Shown: positions 10,853-23,574 of the stretch, in pieces
How positions within the stretch are numbered: the first letter of the stretch is position 1
How the letters are laid out: each line of letters begins with the position of its first letter
Source: Neovahlkampfia damariscottae
Lineage: Eukaryota
Assembly (NCBI GenBank): GCA_016618085.1
Contig: JABLTG010000002.1
Span: forward strand, 310,001 to 374,000
Reading direction: 5' to 3'
Length of the DNA stretch: 64,000 nt
Notes under the pieces: generated by a model
What the model was told of the DNA's origin: nothing
Databases searched by the model: none
The model's input: only the letters and a program-made list of their open reading frames with translations
Program-made: the position numbers and the translations under genes

Positions 10853-13800
10853 TTATTTTCTGATTTTTTTCAATTTTTGTTTTGGTGGAACAATCACCTT
10901 TTGATTAATTTCCCAAATATTAAAAGCATAAAAGTCAATTGGAAATGCTTGAAAATCCAAATCTATATCAATCAAAATAGCTTTCATACAATACAACTCA
11001 ATTTTTTTTTCTTGATGTTCTTCAGTTGCATTCCAAGTTAATATAAGTTTTTCAATGGATATTGTTTCTTCTTCATCACCATTTGGTGTTTCTTCTGTAT
11101 GTATATCAGATTCAATATCTTGAATATGATCAGGGATAGGATCAAATCTCTTCATGATTTGGATTTTCAATTCAACACCAAAGGAAGGGATTAAAACTGT
11201 GAAGCTTCTTCTTCCTAATGAAAGAACAACAGCTTCAATTCTCACTAATCCTTCTTGTAATTTTGGAATTAGATAATAACATGAGTAAATTCTGCCACAT
11301 TGTTCTTGAATATTTTTTGCTTTATTTGCTTGGTCTATTTTGAAAAGATTAGTGATTCATTTCTTTACCATTGATGTGATCAACTAAAATTTTGAAATCT
11401 TTTTTTGTGATATTTGGTTGTTTTTCTTTTTTCATTGATTTTAGTAATAAACGATGAACAATTAAATCAGCATATCTACGAATTGGAGAAGTAAAATGAG
11501 TATAGAATTCCATATTTAAAGCAAAATGAAATGGTTTTCCTTCTTCAGGTGGAACATCATATTGAGCTAATTTCATTTCTCTTAATAATGCATGTTGGAA
11601 TGTTTTAAATACAAGTGGATGATCTTTTGCTTCTTCGAACAACATATTCATCATTTCTTGTAATTTAGTTTTCTTTTCAAGTAATGCGTTGATATCAAAC
11701 TTATCTTTGGCAATGTAAGTGTTGAATGCATTCACATATCTTGTCAATGATTCAGATAAAGTTCTCATATCTGGTGAATCATGCTTTCTAATGATGCATA
11801 TTTCATTGGAGTAATTATACATCTCTTTAGCTGCCAATTGATTCGCGAGCAACATGAATTCTTCAACTAATTGATGAGATTCTGAATGTTCTGATATATG
11901 AACACCTGTTGGAAATCCATCATCATTCAAATCAAACCAATGTTCATCTCTTTGTAAGAAAACAGATCCTGATTCTTTTCTTTTTTTTCTTAATGCTTGT
12001 CCTAATTCATTCATCATTAAACAAATTGATTTAATTTGGTCCCAACTATAATCACCATAAATTGGTTTCTCTTTTGGTTTTTTTCCATCAATAAATTCTT
12101 GAACTGTGTCATAATCAAGTTTAACACATGATTTCATAACAACACGATGAAACTCAACTGAATCATCTTCTATTTCACCTTTTGAATTCATGATCCATTG
12201 AACAGCCAATCCATAACGTGTGACACCAGGTAACAAAGATGCTAAATTTTGAGATAAAGTTGGTTCAAGCATATGTTCAACACAATCCACCATATAAACA
12301 GAAGTTCCTCTTTGTTGTGCATCTTTATCAATTTGACTTCCTTCTTCAACAAATTTTGAAACATCAGCAATTACAACATAACATTGATAACGATTTTTAT
12401 CAATTTTATAAACTGACAAAGCGTCATCAAGATCTCTTGATTGTAAAGGATCAATTGTAAAAATACATTTTTCTCTCCAATCTTCATATTCATCTTTATC
12501 AAATTCTTCAATTTCATCAACTTTTTCAATTTTAGCATTGTGTTCTAATTTATCATTTTTGGTGAGAAAAATTTGATCATAAAGTTGTGGCATGGATTGA
12601 ATCAAGATGGATCTCTTTTGTGCCCATAAATCTCTTTTAAGACCTAAATTTCCTTTTAATTTTCCTTTTGGATAATGTTGATTGACTTTCCATGTCATCA
12701 TTTCAGCTACAATGACTAAGTCTTCTGTATTTGATGCTTTTGTATTAAACACTTCCCTAAATTGAGAATATTCAATCATAATTTTTGGGTATGCTTTTTC
12801 TAAAGGAAGTAACCAACGAAATCCTTTTGATTTTCCTTCTTCTTTCATGATAGTTCCCGCAAAGATTTTTGGTGATTTTTTTTCTTTGATTCCAACAACT
12901 GTTCCAGTGAAATTCTTTTGATTCTTCTCTTCATCATTGATTTTGAGTACTACAATATCTCCATGAATTGCTCTGTTTCTATGGATAAAATCATTAATGA
13001 GAATGTCAGCATCATATTCACTAACAGTAACATAAGCTTCTCTGAATTTTAATTTGTTCACTCTCAAGACACCATAAAACAAAGTTTTGTTTTTGATTCC
13101 TGCTTCCATTTCTTCTATTGATAAATGCTCTGGATAATCTTGTTTGACATATGCATATCTGTTGATTTTGTCACCATCAGGAACAGATTCTTCACAAATT
13201 TCTTCAAATTTTGCGCCGTCTGATAATTTTGTATGTGCTCTGTTGAATTCTTCAATGATTATTTCAGCAACATCATCTAATAAAACTTTTCCTAAATCTC
13301 TTCTTTCAAATGGATCTTCAATTGCAATTGCAGACATTCCTGGTTTTTTTGACAATATTTTTCCTTCTCTGATACTACAAAGTTGATTTTTAAATTCAAA
13401 TTTGTTCACATAAAAATCAAAGAATCCATTCAATAATTCACCGATTGACATGTTATTTTTCTTTGGTTTCCAATATTGACTTAATTTTTCAAGATTTGAA
13501 AAATAACTACAATCATAAGCATTCCAAAATTGAGGCTCAGAAATTAATGATTTATCCAAATTTGGGATTGTCGCTAACTCTTGAAGTGATGGTAAAATTG
13601 GAGGTTCAACTTGTTGAAGATAAAAAATTGATAAAATAGCATATGAATATGAAGAAAGACTTCCATTTGGTGGATCAGCAATAAGTCTTTTCTTTGCCCA
13701 AAGTTTAACACAAAGAACTAATTCTCTTAAACGTGGATCAATTAATGAATAAGTTCTTAGCATTCTTGTGTTTAGTACAGCTAAGTAATTATCAATACAA

Positions 13801-15716
13801 ACATCGCATTCTAAATTTCTTTTTTGATCATGAACTTTTACAACAGGAACTCTTGAGCTTTTGATCAACTGACTACTATCTTTTTGTAAATTTTTTGATA
13901 ACTTTCCATCTTCAATTGCTTCATGTAAAAGTTGAAGTAATTGTGTTTGAGCTTTTACATCATTATTCAAATTATGTCCTTCAACTCTAACACACAAATC
14001 GAGGTCACTCCCTTTTAACCCAAATGTAGATTCTGATGAACCATAAATATGAGCATCACATTTTTGATTTGTAACTTTACACAAAATAGTTTCAATTTCT
14101 TTTCTTAAAGCTTCTTTTTTCTTTAAAACTTCTTCAGATGATTGTAACTTTGTTGCTATTTCTTTTGCTTCTTTTGTAATTTCTGGAAATTCATCATCCA
14201 TTTCTTCTTCTTCATCATCTTCTATTTCATCATCTCCTTCTTCATCTTCTTCTTCTTCTTCATCATCAAAATGTAATGTTTCTTCAATATCTGATGTTTT
14301 AATAACCTCATCTTCCAATGTTAAATTTTTCAGTTGTTCATCAATTTCTTCTGCATCTTGTTCAATAATACCACCTTTATTTTGAAGAGATTCTTTTGAT
14401 TTTGTTGTATGTTTCAATGGATGCAATGAAAGTTGACGAAGATTCTTTGATATTTCTATTTCTTTGTCTTCAAGTTTACCTGTCACAATAGAGAGAATAT
14501 TTTTCATTTTAAACATCAAAGTTGGATTTGAAATCAACAACATTGAAATATAAGATTGACATTTTGTTAGTATATCATATTTTGCTCTACCTAATTGAGG
14601 AAGTGTCATACTAAGATTAACAGGTGATTTTTCAATTAAAATATTAACAATATTAACATATAAATTGAAATTTCTAAGATTAGCAATCCTATTATACTCT
14701 AATAAACAATTAAAATTTTTTTTTTTTTTTTTTGATCTCTACTGATGACTAAATTTCTTTGTTTTTCTAAATTTTCAAAAATTGGTTTATGCATTTTGTT
14801 TTTAATCTTCATAGCTCCATACATCAAATGTAATACTTTTTCAATGGTTGACATCTCTAAAGCAGATGAATTATACAAAGTTTCATAAAGTGGAAACAAT
14901 ACATCATTGTAAATTTTTTCAGAAGATAAATTTTCCAAGATTTCAATACAATGATCAATTTGACCTTCAGATATGAGCTCCTTTGCCTTTAGATTAATTT
15001 TCTTTATCTCTGATGGAGAAAGTACAGGTTTGCTAGTTAATTCAATTAGTTCAGAAGTGACTAAAATAAATTTTTAAATTTATTACTTTGAAGATATTTT
15101 CTAACATCATCTCTCTCTTTTGTAACTGATTCAATGACTGAATCGAGATCTAAAGAATTAAAATTTTTTATCTTTTTTTTCTAACGTGTTAATTTAGTTT
15201 TTAATTCTTTTTCCATTGATTTTAATTTTTCTACATCGTATCCATTACTATTATTATTAACATCACCTTTTTTTATTTCATTTTCTTTTGAGTCTTTTTT
15301 TTTGTTGTTTTGGCTTTGATTTGTGTTTCCTTCAACATTTTGGTTTGTTTTTTCTTCTTTTTTCAAAATTTTTGGTTGTTCTTCTTTTTTTTTTTCTTTT
15401 TCTTTTGGATTTCTTCCAAGTTCAATTTTGGTTGCGATTGGGTTTTCATTTTTTCCAACCTATAAAAACTTATGAATGAAAAAAAACTCCGAACTTCAAT
15501 TAAGTTGAAAGTAACGTTTAAATCGATTTTTGGTTCAATTCCTTGTAACTCTTTGAAATGAAAAAACGCTTCTGGATTATTTGAACCCATAGAAATAGTT
15601 CCTGTTTGTTCTTCATAATTTAGTGTTTTAATCCATCCATAAGGATTTTTTTTCTTATCAAACTTTGGTTTCTTGTTAAACTTGTTCTTGTTTTGTTTCG
15701 TTTTGTCTTCACTCAT
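10853..15716 (-). CDS. Cold-shock domain / terminal nucleotidyltransferase (Cid1/TUT4/URT1-like) / DIS3L2-like RNB-S1 exoribonuclease fusion, ~1562 aa
   Basis: Exons 15716-15495, 15459-15186, 15149-15087, 15060-14743, 14698-11369, 11334-10853 joined by five GT-AG introns that keep frame. NTase motifs YGSS...SDLD, CDV, WAK, SLSSYS, IEDPF. RNB motifs TIDPLQSRDLDDALS and YTHFTSPIRRYADL. NTase and RNB lie in one exon. Confidence 0.92.
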
Positions 15717-15791
15717 GACTTCTTCTTTTTTTTTTTGCAAACTGAAATAAACTAAGCTGTGATTGGTTTAAAAATAATCGACGAATGAGCA

Positions 15792-16206
15792 ATGTCTTAT
15801 AAAGAACGAATCATACAGCTATGGAAAAAATCTGGAAAAAAAAAAATTGCTGGAATTCCACCTGTTAGATATACTTTCATTTTTTTTGTTGGTTCTGTAT
15901 TTTTTGTTGCTGCTGATCAAGGACTTGAACTTTTAAAAAGATATTCTAGATCAGTTAGTTTTATGATTTTTTAATAAATTTTAGACAAGAGAGAATGCAA
16001 TAAAACAGATTTTAGAAGAGAATAAACAAAGAAAATTAAAAAATTTACCTCCAGTTGATCCTTTAGAGATTGAAGATGAAAGTGTGAGAAAGTACTATTT
16101 TGCTCATATTGAAATAGAAGAAAACAATGAATATTTAAGAAAAAGAGATGAAAATAGACGACTGGAGTTGGAGGAATTGAGAAAAGATATGAATAAAAAA
16201 AATTAG
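15792..16206 (+). CDS. Small single-TM coiled-coil protein (2 exons)
   Basis: Intron 15954-15984 gives a continuous ~127-aa frame: basic N-terminus, hydrophobic segment, charged tail. Confidence 0.65.
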
Positions 16207-16212
16207 AAATTG

Positions 16213-17964
16213 TTAATTTTTTTCAATGTTCCACAAGAAGGCATATTTTTCAAAGTTATTCATTATTGCAGTATAGACATGAGTAGGTACTAATACCTTT
16301 TCATTATTTTCATTTGGACCCAATATTTTTAATGAATCATTCACCAAAGAGCTGACAAAACAATTGAGAGATTCACCTAAAATGAGTTCCGTTTCTTGTT
16401 GTTCTGTTGGTTCAATTTGAACATCAATAGGAGATAACATTGCATTGATTGAATAAGTATCTAATTTTGTTGAAATAGGAGGGTGATCAATTTGAAAATC
16501 AATTGAATTTGGTGAATGATAGTTGGTTAAAATGTGATTGTAATTTTTGTTGATGGATTTCACTGAATCTAATTTTTTTTTTTTACATTTTTCTTCATAA
16601 TCTGGATGATTTCGATGTGCAGAACCACATATTTTACAGTATGTTGGTAGTAAATCTTTTCTTTTTTTTGTTGTTGAAATAGAAGTGTCAACATCTTCCA
16701 AAGGAATTTCTATTTGTTCATTAGCAAATTTTTTGATGAATGATTGAACTTTTTGAACATTCATCTTTAAATTTGGATATTTCTTTTGAATTTCTGAAGT
16801 AATATGTTTTGCTCTTAATTTCTAAGAATGAAGAAGATTTAAATTTTTTTGAAACTTACTTCAGTAGCTTTTTTTTTTCCAATTGACCATTTTGACTTTA
16901 AATTCAAGTTAAATAGAATCATTTCTTACATATTCAATTTGGTCTTTTGGATGAGTATACGGTAATTCATTTTTATCAAATAAAGGAAATTTTAAAGCAA
17001 AATCTTTGATAATTTTTTCTTCTGTGGTGAATTCTCTGACAGGTTCCACTTCTTCTTTTTTTTCTGTTTTGACAACAACTGTTGGTTTTTTTTCGACTGT
17101 GGAAGTTAAAGGATTATAAGGAGTTAAATTTAATTCCAAATCAACGTGTGTTTCTGGGCTGATAATTTCTTTACCTGAATCTGTTCTATCTAATTTCAAA
17201 GGATGTACAATTTCAACCATTTTGTTCTTTGGGTTTTTAAAGAAAATCTGAATGTTAAAAATTATTTTTTTTTTCAAACTTGAACTTTGACTGGAAAGTC
17301 ACCATAACCTCTTCTACTGACATGAAATGGTATTGAATTTAAAATTACAATATGATTTGGGATGAAAGAATCATGAAGATACACTTTTACAGATTCAATA
17401 AAATCTAGATTTGGATCCTCTGGTGGTGCTCGAACTATTTTTAAAAAAAATTAATCAAATAAAAGAAAAACTATAAATCATCCATTTATGAGTATAATTT
17501 CCATCTTGTTCACGAAACTTTTCAGGGACATACTTTGATGTGTTTCCAACAATTAATCTCTTTCTTTGAATGATCGGAGCGGCAATCACCTCCTTTTTAA
17601 CAGCAAATTTGGAATTTAATATTTCTATTTCAGAACTGAATTCTACATTATGTAATGTTGAACAATGAAGAATAAAAGTTTCTTGATTTAAAAAATTTTT
17701 TCGTCCACAAATATGACAGATGACTTGATTTTGATTTTGATTTTTATCTTTAATGAATAAATGAGAAGGTTTAGACCGATCAGCTTTTTTTTTTTCAACT
17801 TTTTTTTTTTAATTTTTTTTGTTGTTACTTTGTTTCCCGATTTTTTCAAGTTTTTCTTTTGATTTTAAAGAATTTATTAAATTTCTTTCAATAAGTAAAA
17901 TCTCTGCCTGTTTTTTTTTGATTTCTTGGTCAAACTTCTGCTCTATCAGATCTTGTTGTTGCAT
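16213..17964 (-). CDS. YEATS2: YEATS2-like chromatin reader (coiled coil, Zn finger, YEATS, histone-fold-like tail), multi-exon
   Basis: Spliced IVGNTSKYVP...THKWMIYIR...YLHDSF...FHVSRRGYGDFPVKVQIFF...HPLKLDRT; CHICGR...HCSTLH; WSIGKKKATE; LVPTHVYTAI. The YEATS exons are missed by the ORF track. Confidence 0.85.
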
Positions 17965-18106
17965 CTGTTTTTTCACTATCTTCAACCAATGAAATTTGAA
18001 GATATGAAGAAATCACTAAATTATATTTAAAATAACTATTTCGTAATATTTGTTGTACATAAAAGCCGAACTGATTTGATTGGATGAGCATTCTAAAACA
18101 TCATCA

Positions 18107-20933
18107 ATGGAAGTAATAGAATTAGATGAATTTGAGAAATTAAAATTCACCAAAATAGAAGCCATACATAATGTAAATGGTAATTTACAATAAAAAATAC
18201 TCACAAAAAAAACCAGATTTGTTGTTTCTTGGCACAGCAGAGAATTTTTTATATTCTTTCGTTTTTGAAAAAGAAAAACATGAAGAAAGTGGACAAACAA
18301 ACATAAAAGTCAAATCAACAAAAAAACAATATTTAGGAAAGACCAAAAAATTAACAGCAATTGAATCAGACGTTCATATTGGTGTTTTATTTGTTCAACA
18401 CAGTGAGAAAATTTTTTTTTGAATTTTTTTTAAAAATGAAAGATAGTTTTATTTACATGTATGATATGGAAACTTTACAAGAAATTACAAAAATCAAAGA
18501 AAGCAAAGGTGTTTCAAAATTCACTTTAGATAAAAAACAAAAATTTCATCAGACCAGACTAATCATGACTGTCAACAAAAAATTAATCACAGTGCTATAT
18601 ACCAACAGTTCTTATCAGAAATTTGAAGTAATCATTTTATTTTGTTAAATTTGTCTCAAAAAGGAATTTCCATTGACTGAATCACCTTTATGTATGAGAT
18701 GTATTGGAGATACTGTTTTTTTAGGAATGAAAAAACAATATTTAATGTTAAAACTCGATGAAAAACAAACAATTGAAGTATTTCAAGTTGAAAGTGGAGA
18801 TACACCAGCCATGGAAGTTATTGAAGATGAAGAAGAAGTTCTATTAAAAATGGGAAATGTTGGAGTTTATGTGCACATGTCAGGTGAAAAAAAAGGTCAA
18901 CCATCAACTAGAACTTCAGTTGGATGGGCAGAAATTCCATCACAAATAGCAATTTCCTTTCCTTTCATTATTGGACTGAATTCAAATTTAATTGAAGTTT
19001 ATGATATGTACAGTGAATTATTGATAATGAATTTAGCATTTCAAGATGTCAATTTGATATGTGGTGACAAAAAAACACTTTTTATTACAATCAAAGAAAA
19101 GGTAGTTTTGTTAAATCCAATATCATTAGAACGTCAAGTAATTGATGATTTTATGTTTTTTTTAACATGATTTTTTTGAAGATGAATTTCTTAATTGCAA
19201 GTGGAAAATGTGCTGAATCATTGGAATTACTTGATAAAATCTTTGAAGGAACTAAAGAAGAAAAAGAAAAATTAAGATCAAAGATGATTTTAGATGCAAG
19301 TTTTTATTGTTTATTGAACTCGGAATTTGAAAATAGTTTTGATTATTTCCGTCAAACGGATTCTACTTTTGATTTGCGTGAATTATTGGTTTATTTTGAT
19401 GATTTGAAACCAACCAATTATATTCCAAAAAGGGAATATACAGTTTCATTAAAATCACAATGTAAGAATAATTTGTTATAGTTAATGAAATTTTGTTGAT
19501 AGACACTACATCATTGAGAAATAATAATCGACCAAATGTGAATGAAACTGTAAAGGAAATTGAAGAAGAAATTAAACTACACATGATTGCTTTTTTATTT
19601 GAAAGAAGAAATACAATGAAAATTACAAAGGAACAACAAGCTATTGATGCAGCAATCTTAAAGATACTCGTAGAGTTGGATGATGAAATTGCAATCAAAG
19701 AATTTCTTTTAAACAAGAATAACATAAATATGACAATGGCACAAGAAATTTTACAAAAGAAACATCATTACTTTTTCTATTCACAATTCCAACGTGGACA
19801 AGGATTCATGGATAAATCATTAGAAATTTTAGAAAAGTAAAAATCAAATATTTTTTGACACTGTAGAATTCACAACAAGATTTATGTTGAAGAAATAGAA
19901 AGAAATTATAAGCATGAGATTATTCAAATGTTAAAAGAAACAAATGATTTTTCTTTGATACAAAAATATTCACCAATCGTTTTGACTGAAAATCCAATTG
20001 AAGGAATTACCATTTTTACCAAAAGAAAACAATCAATTGATGAAGAAAAAGTGATAAAATATCTTTCTACATTGTCAAATATTGACATTGCAATTCAAGA
20101 ATTTTTAGAGCATTTGATTTTACATGGAAACAAAAATCCGAAAAATCACACATTATTGGCTACTTACTATATTGATTCAATTTCAAGAAAAAGTAAAAGA
20201 CCTGGAACAGAAGGTGGGTTAATCGGAAAAACAAGGTCCAAACTTTTAATTCATCTTTCAAATAGTTTATATTGTGAACATGAAGAAATTTTAAATCGAT
20301 TAAAAGATACCGAATTTTTGGAAGAACAAGTGATTGTACATAGTAAATTGAATAATTACAAAGATGCATTGAAATTAATATTAATAGATTTGGATAATAA
20401 TGAAGAAGCTGAAAAGTTTTGTTTAAACCAATTTCCAAAAGTCAAACCTGATGATTATTTCAACAATTCAAAGAGAAGTGATTTATTCGTCACTGCATTA
20501 AGAATATGCATTGAAACTGGGTAAGAATGAAATTATCATTAATTTAAAAACAAGTGACCCTCGAAAATTGAAATTTTCAATTTATTTACTTAACAAATAT
20601 CATAATTATATCAGTCCTGTTAAAGTGTTAAAAATAATACCTAGTTATGTTCCAATGTCATATATTTCACATTATTTAGTTCAATCATTGAGAACCTTTC
20701 AAAATGTTGAAAGAAATTCTAAAATATTTGAAGAATTGAGTTTAGTTGAGAAATGGCAAATTGCAGATGATTTGTCAGAATTACAAAGTCGTAAAGTTAT
20801 TCTAAAGGATTCCACCAAATGTTCAGAATGTGATAAAGTTATAGGTACCTCAGTTTTTGCTGTTTTCCCAGATTTAAAAATAACTCACTTGTACTGCATG
20901 GACAAGAGAAAAAAGAAAGAAAATATGAAATAA
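18107..20933 (+). CDS. Vps39/TGFBRAP1-like (CNH domain, clathrin-like repeats, C-terminal Zn finger), multi-exon
   Basis: CNH-like exons (GVYVH..G..STR...W...P); FLEHLI....HTLLATYY; C-terminal CSECDKVIGTSVFAVFPD...HLYC. Confidence 0.85.
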
Positions 20934-20977
20934 ATTTTCACATCAAAGAAAACTTTTTTTTTTTGTAGTTTGATACT

Positions 20978-21381
20978 TCAAAAAGTTAAATCAACACGAT
21001 ACAATGATGTCCAAATGGGTGAATTATCAGAATAATCCACTTCTTTCTTGTCTTTTCTGATGAATGTCATTAATTTTGAATCGATATCTGTTACATCTGT
21101 TAGAAACACGGTTATTACATCTTCATCCAAATTAGTATCCACAATAAAATCTTTCATGACAGAACAAAACACCACACCTTTCAAAATTAAATTTAAATCA
21201 ACTTACCCACTGAGAAATTTGGTATCAAAGTTTCAATGTTGGTTTTTATTTTTTTGAATTCATCAGGAATAGTTTGTTTTGATTTTATAGCATCTCTAAC
21301 TATATGTGCATTATTTTTATGCATACCAGATACTTTAAAAATGTATTGTTCATTTTTCATCAATTGTTGATATGAGATCAT
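20978..21381 (-). CDS. Hypothetical protein (2 exons)
   Basis: ORFs 21193-21381 and 20978-21184 are joined by a short GTAAG...AAG intron at about 21178-21206. Confidence 0.55.
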
Positions 21382-21443
21382 TTTCGATTTGAGTTTTGTT
21401 TTAAAAATAAAATTTATTGGTCAATTAGTAGAGTGTTTTTTTT

Positions 21444-21659
21444 TTAGTCTTCATCATCACTTTTGCTATCTGATAACAAAGGTGTTTTTGGAACTGTTTT
21501 TTCAAGTTTTTCCAAAATTACTTCATGAACATCAACAGCTGTTTCAAGTTTTGATACAATTGCTTCTAACTTTCTTCTTTTTTTTCTTTCATCATCAAGT
21601 TCTGATTTTAATATTTTCACAGATACTTCAAATTCTTTTATTCTTTCTTGGTCATTCAT
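21444..21659 (-). CDS. Small coiled-coil protein (71 aa)
   Basis: Heptad-like charged ORF with an ATTGG/CCAAT motif about 27 nt upstream. Confidence 0.55.
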   Translation of the reverse strand: MNDQERIKEFEVSVKILKSELDDERKKRRKLEAIVSKLETAVDVHEVILEKLEKTVPKTPLLSDSKSDDED

Positions 21660-21725
21660 TTTTTAAACAAGTACAAAACAGGATTTGATTGGATAACTGA
21701 AAATAGAGAAAAATGATCAAAAATT

Positions 21726-23354
21726 TTATTGAATTAAAAATGATTCATTAATTTTTAAAATGGATTGGGAATAAAAATAATTTGCTTCTTCAATTGAATT
21801 TCCAATGGAAACTAATCCAAATTTACCAAATTGATTCAAACCTCCTAACATATGAAATAAACAACCTTTTTCACTTTTTGAATTCCATAATAAATCAGAT
21901 TTGGAAAATAATTTGATCAAATCTTTTGGTTCATTTCCAATAAATCGAGTATCAAATACATTATCAGTGGCGAAGTAATACTTTTGTGATTTTTTGGAAA
22001 TATATTCACCTGTTTGATCAGAATACTCACCATCTGATAATAGTTTCAATGACATCATTGGGTGAGTTGTACCACATGCTCTTAGATTAATTTCAATTGC
22101 ATAGAAATCATAATTCTCTGGGTTCATCGATTTCTCTTTTGTCATTTTTAAGTCTTTTGGAACTACCATATAGTCCACTCCAAAATGTTCAATTACACCT
22201 TTGGATGCTAAAACAAGACCTATTTTTCTTGTTAATTCTTGAACTTTTAGTCTCCAAATATCATTGGATGGAAATGAGCATCCCAAATACACCTATTGAA
22301 AAATATGAGTTTAATTTCGATTACTTGCTTATCTGGACCTGTGAATACTTGTTCATGAGTTGAAATAATTGAAACATCCCCATTTAAAGTAATACAAGCT
22401 TGTCCAGAAGGTGAAGCAACACCAACTAAGAATAATTCAGCAATGCCACCCATTTGTTTGAATTTTTTATAAAAAGATTCCCAATCTGTTTCTTTGTCAA
22501 TAAACTTCAAGTTGTAAAATTCCGCCAATAAAAAATCCTCAAGTTTTTCACATTGAAAAATATCTTGTTCAACTTTTAATTCTTTCAAAATTTTCTTTTT
22601 TAACTTTGAGAGGTTCAAAATAGCATTTCCATTTCCTGAGAATGAATCATTTAATTTGATCATCATTTTATCAATGTTTGGATTCTTCTTCCATAAACCT
22701 ATAATTTCTTGGGCTAAAACAATGTCTGTGAAACATTCATTTGATGAATCTGGATATAATATGCCAGTTTCTTTAAAAATACATTTTGAACCATGTTTGG
22801 TCCCTAAATCATTGAATGAAGGATCAGCAGCAAGCAAAGGAATATCTAATGCTTTGGCCAATTCGATCTCATCTTCAGTGGAACGAATCACAATCATATA
22901 AGCATTCTCCACATCCCTTATGAGCCCCTTTATTTCTTTCAAAAGGGATGATCTTTCATAAACTTTTTTTGAAAGAGGAATTGGAGAAAAGTCATCAGGA
23001 CTAACAAAAAAAATTCTTTCTTTAACATTCTCTATATCTTGACCAGCTACTAATCCACAATAATAACTTTCAAATTTTTGTCAGTTTTGTGAAAATTTAA
23101 CTCACTCAATAATTGTTGGTTCCATGATTTCAGAAGTCATAAAAATCATTCTAGCATTTGGATTCTTCAATAGAAATATGTTGTACAATTGTCTTTCTTC
23201 ATATTTGTATGCTCCATGAACTTTTTTAACTTCTTCTTGATCAAATGATAATGAAGGGCATACAACAATATCCACTTTTTGATTTGATTCCTATGATAGA
23301 TGTTATTAGATGTATTTCCATTACCCAGTAGTGGGTTTTGTTTATTTGATTCAT
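21726..23354 (-). CDS. PGM1-related / IQCH-like ATP-grasp ligase (4 exons)
   Basis: Spliced VVCPSLSFDQEE...YEER; GTKHGSK; IKLNDSFSGNGNA; SPSGQ; STHEQ; YLGCSFP; FGVDY; AIEINLRACGTTHP; KYYFATDN; GKFGLVSIG. Confidence 0.85.
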
Positions 23355-23574
23355 TTCGGTTAAATGAGGATGAAGTCGATAGCCAATGGGAAATTAGACC
23401 GATCGGATATTTATCCAATAATAAGAGGTTTATACCAAAATAATCCTCATTTCTAAAATTGAAGTGCCATTTTTTTCTGGTCATTGTTCTAATTTGGAAG
23501 AAAATAGCATGAAGGAGAGCATCAAAATTCAAAAAAATAATTACAGAAAAAGGTTTAAGAGAAAAAAAAGTAAT

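Noticed and set aside
14180..14270. TCA/TCT trinucleotide tracts (also 24360-24520)
   Set aside because: They encode acidic Asp/Glu linkers of minus-strand proteins and are not independent repeats.
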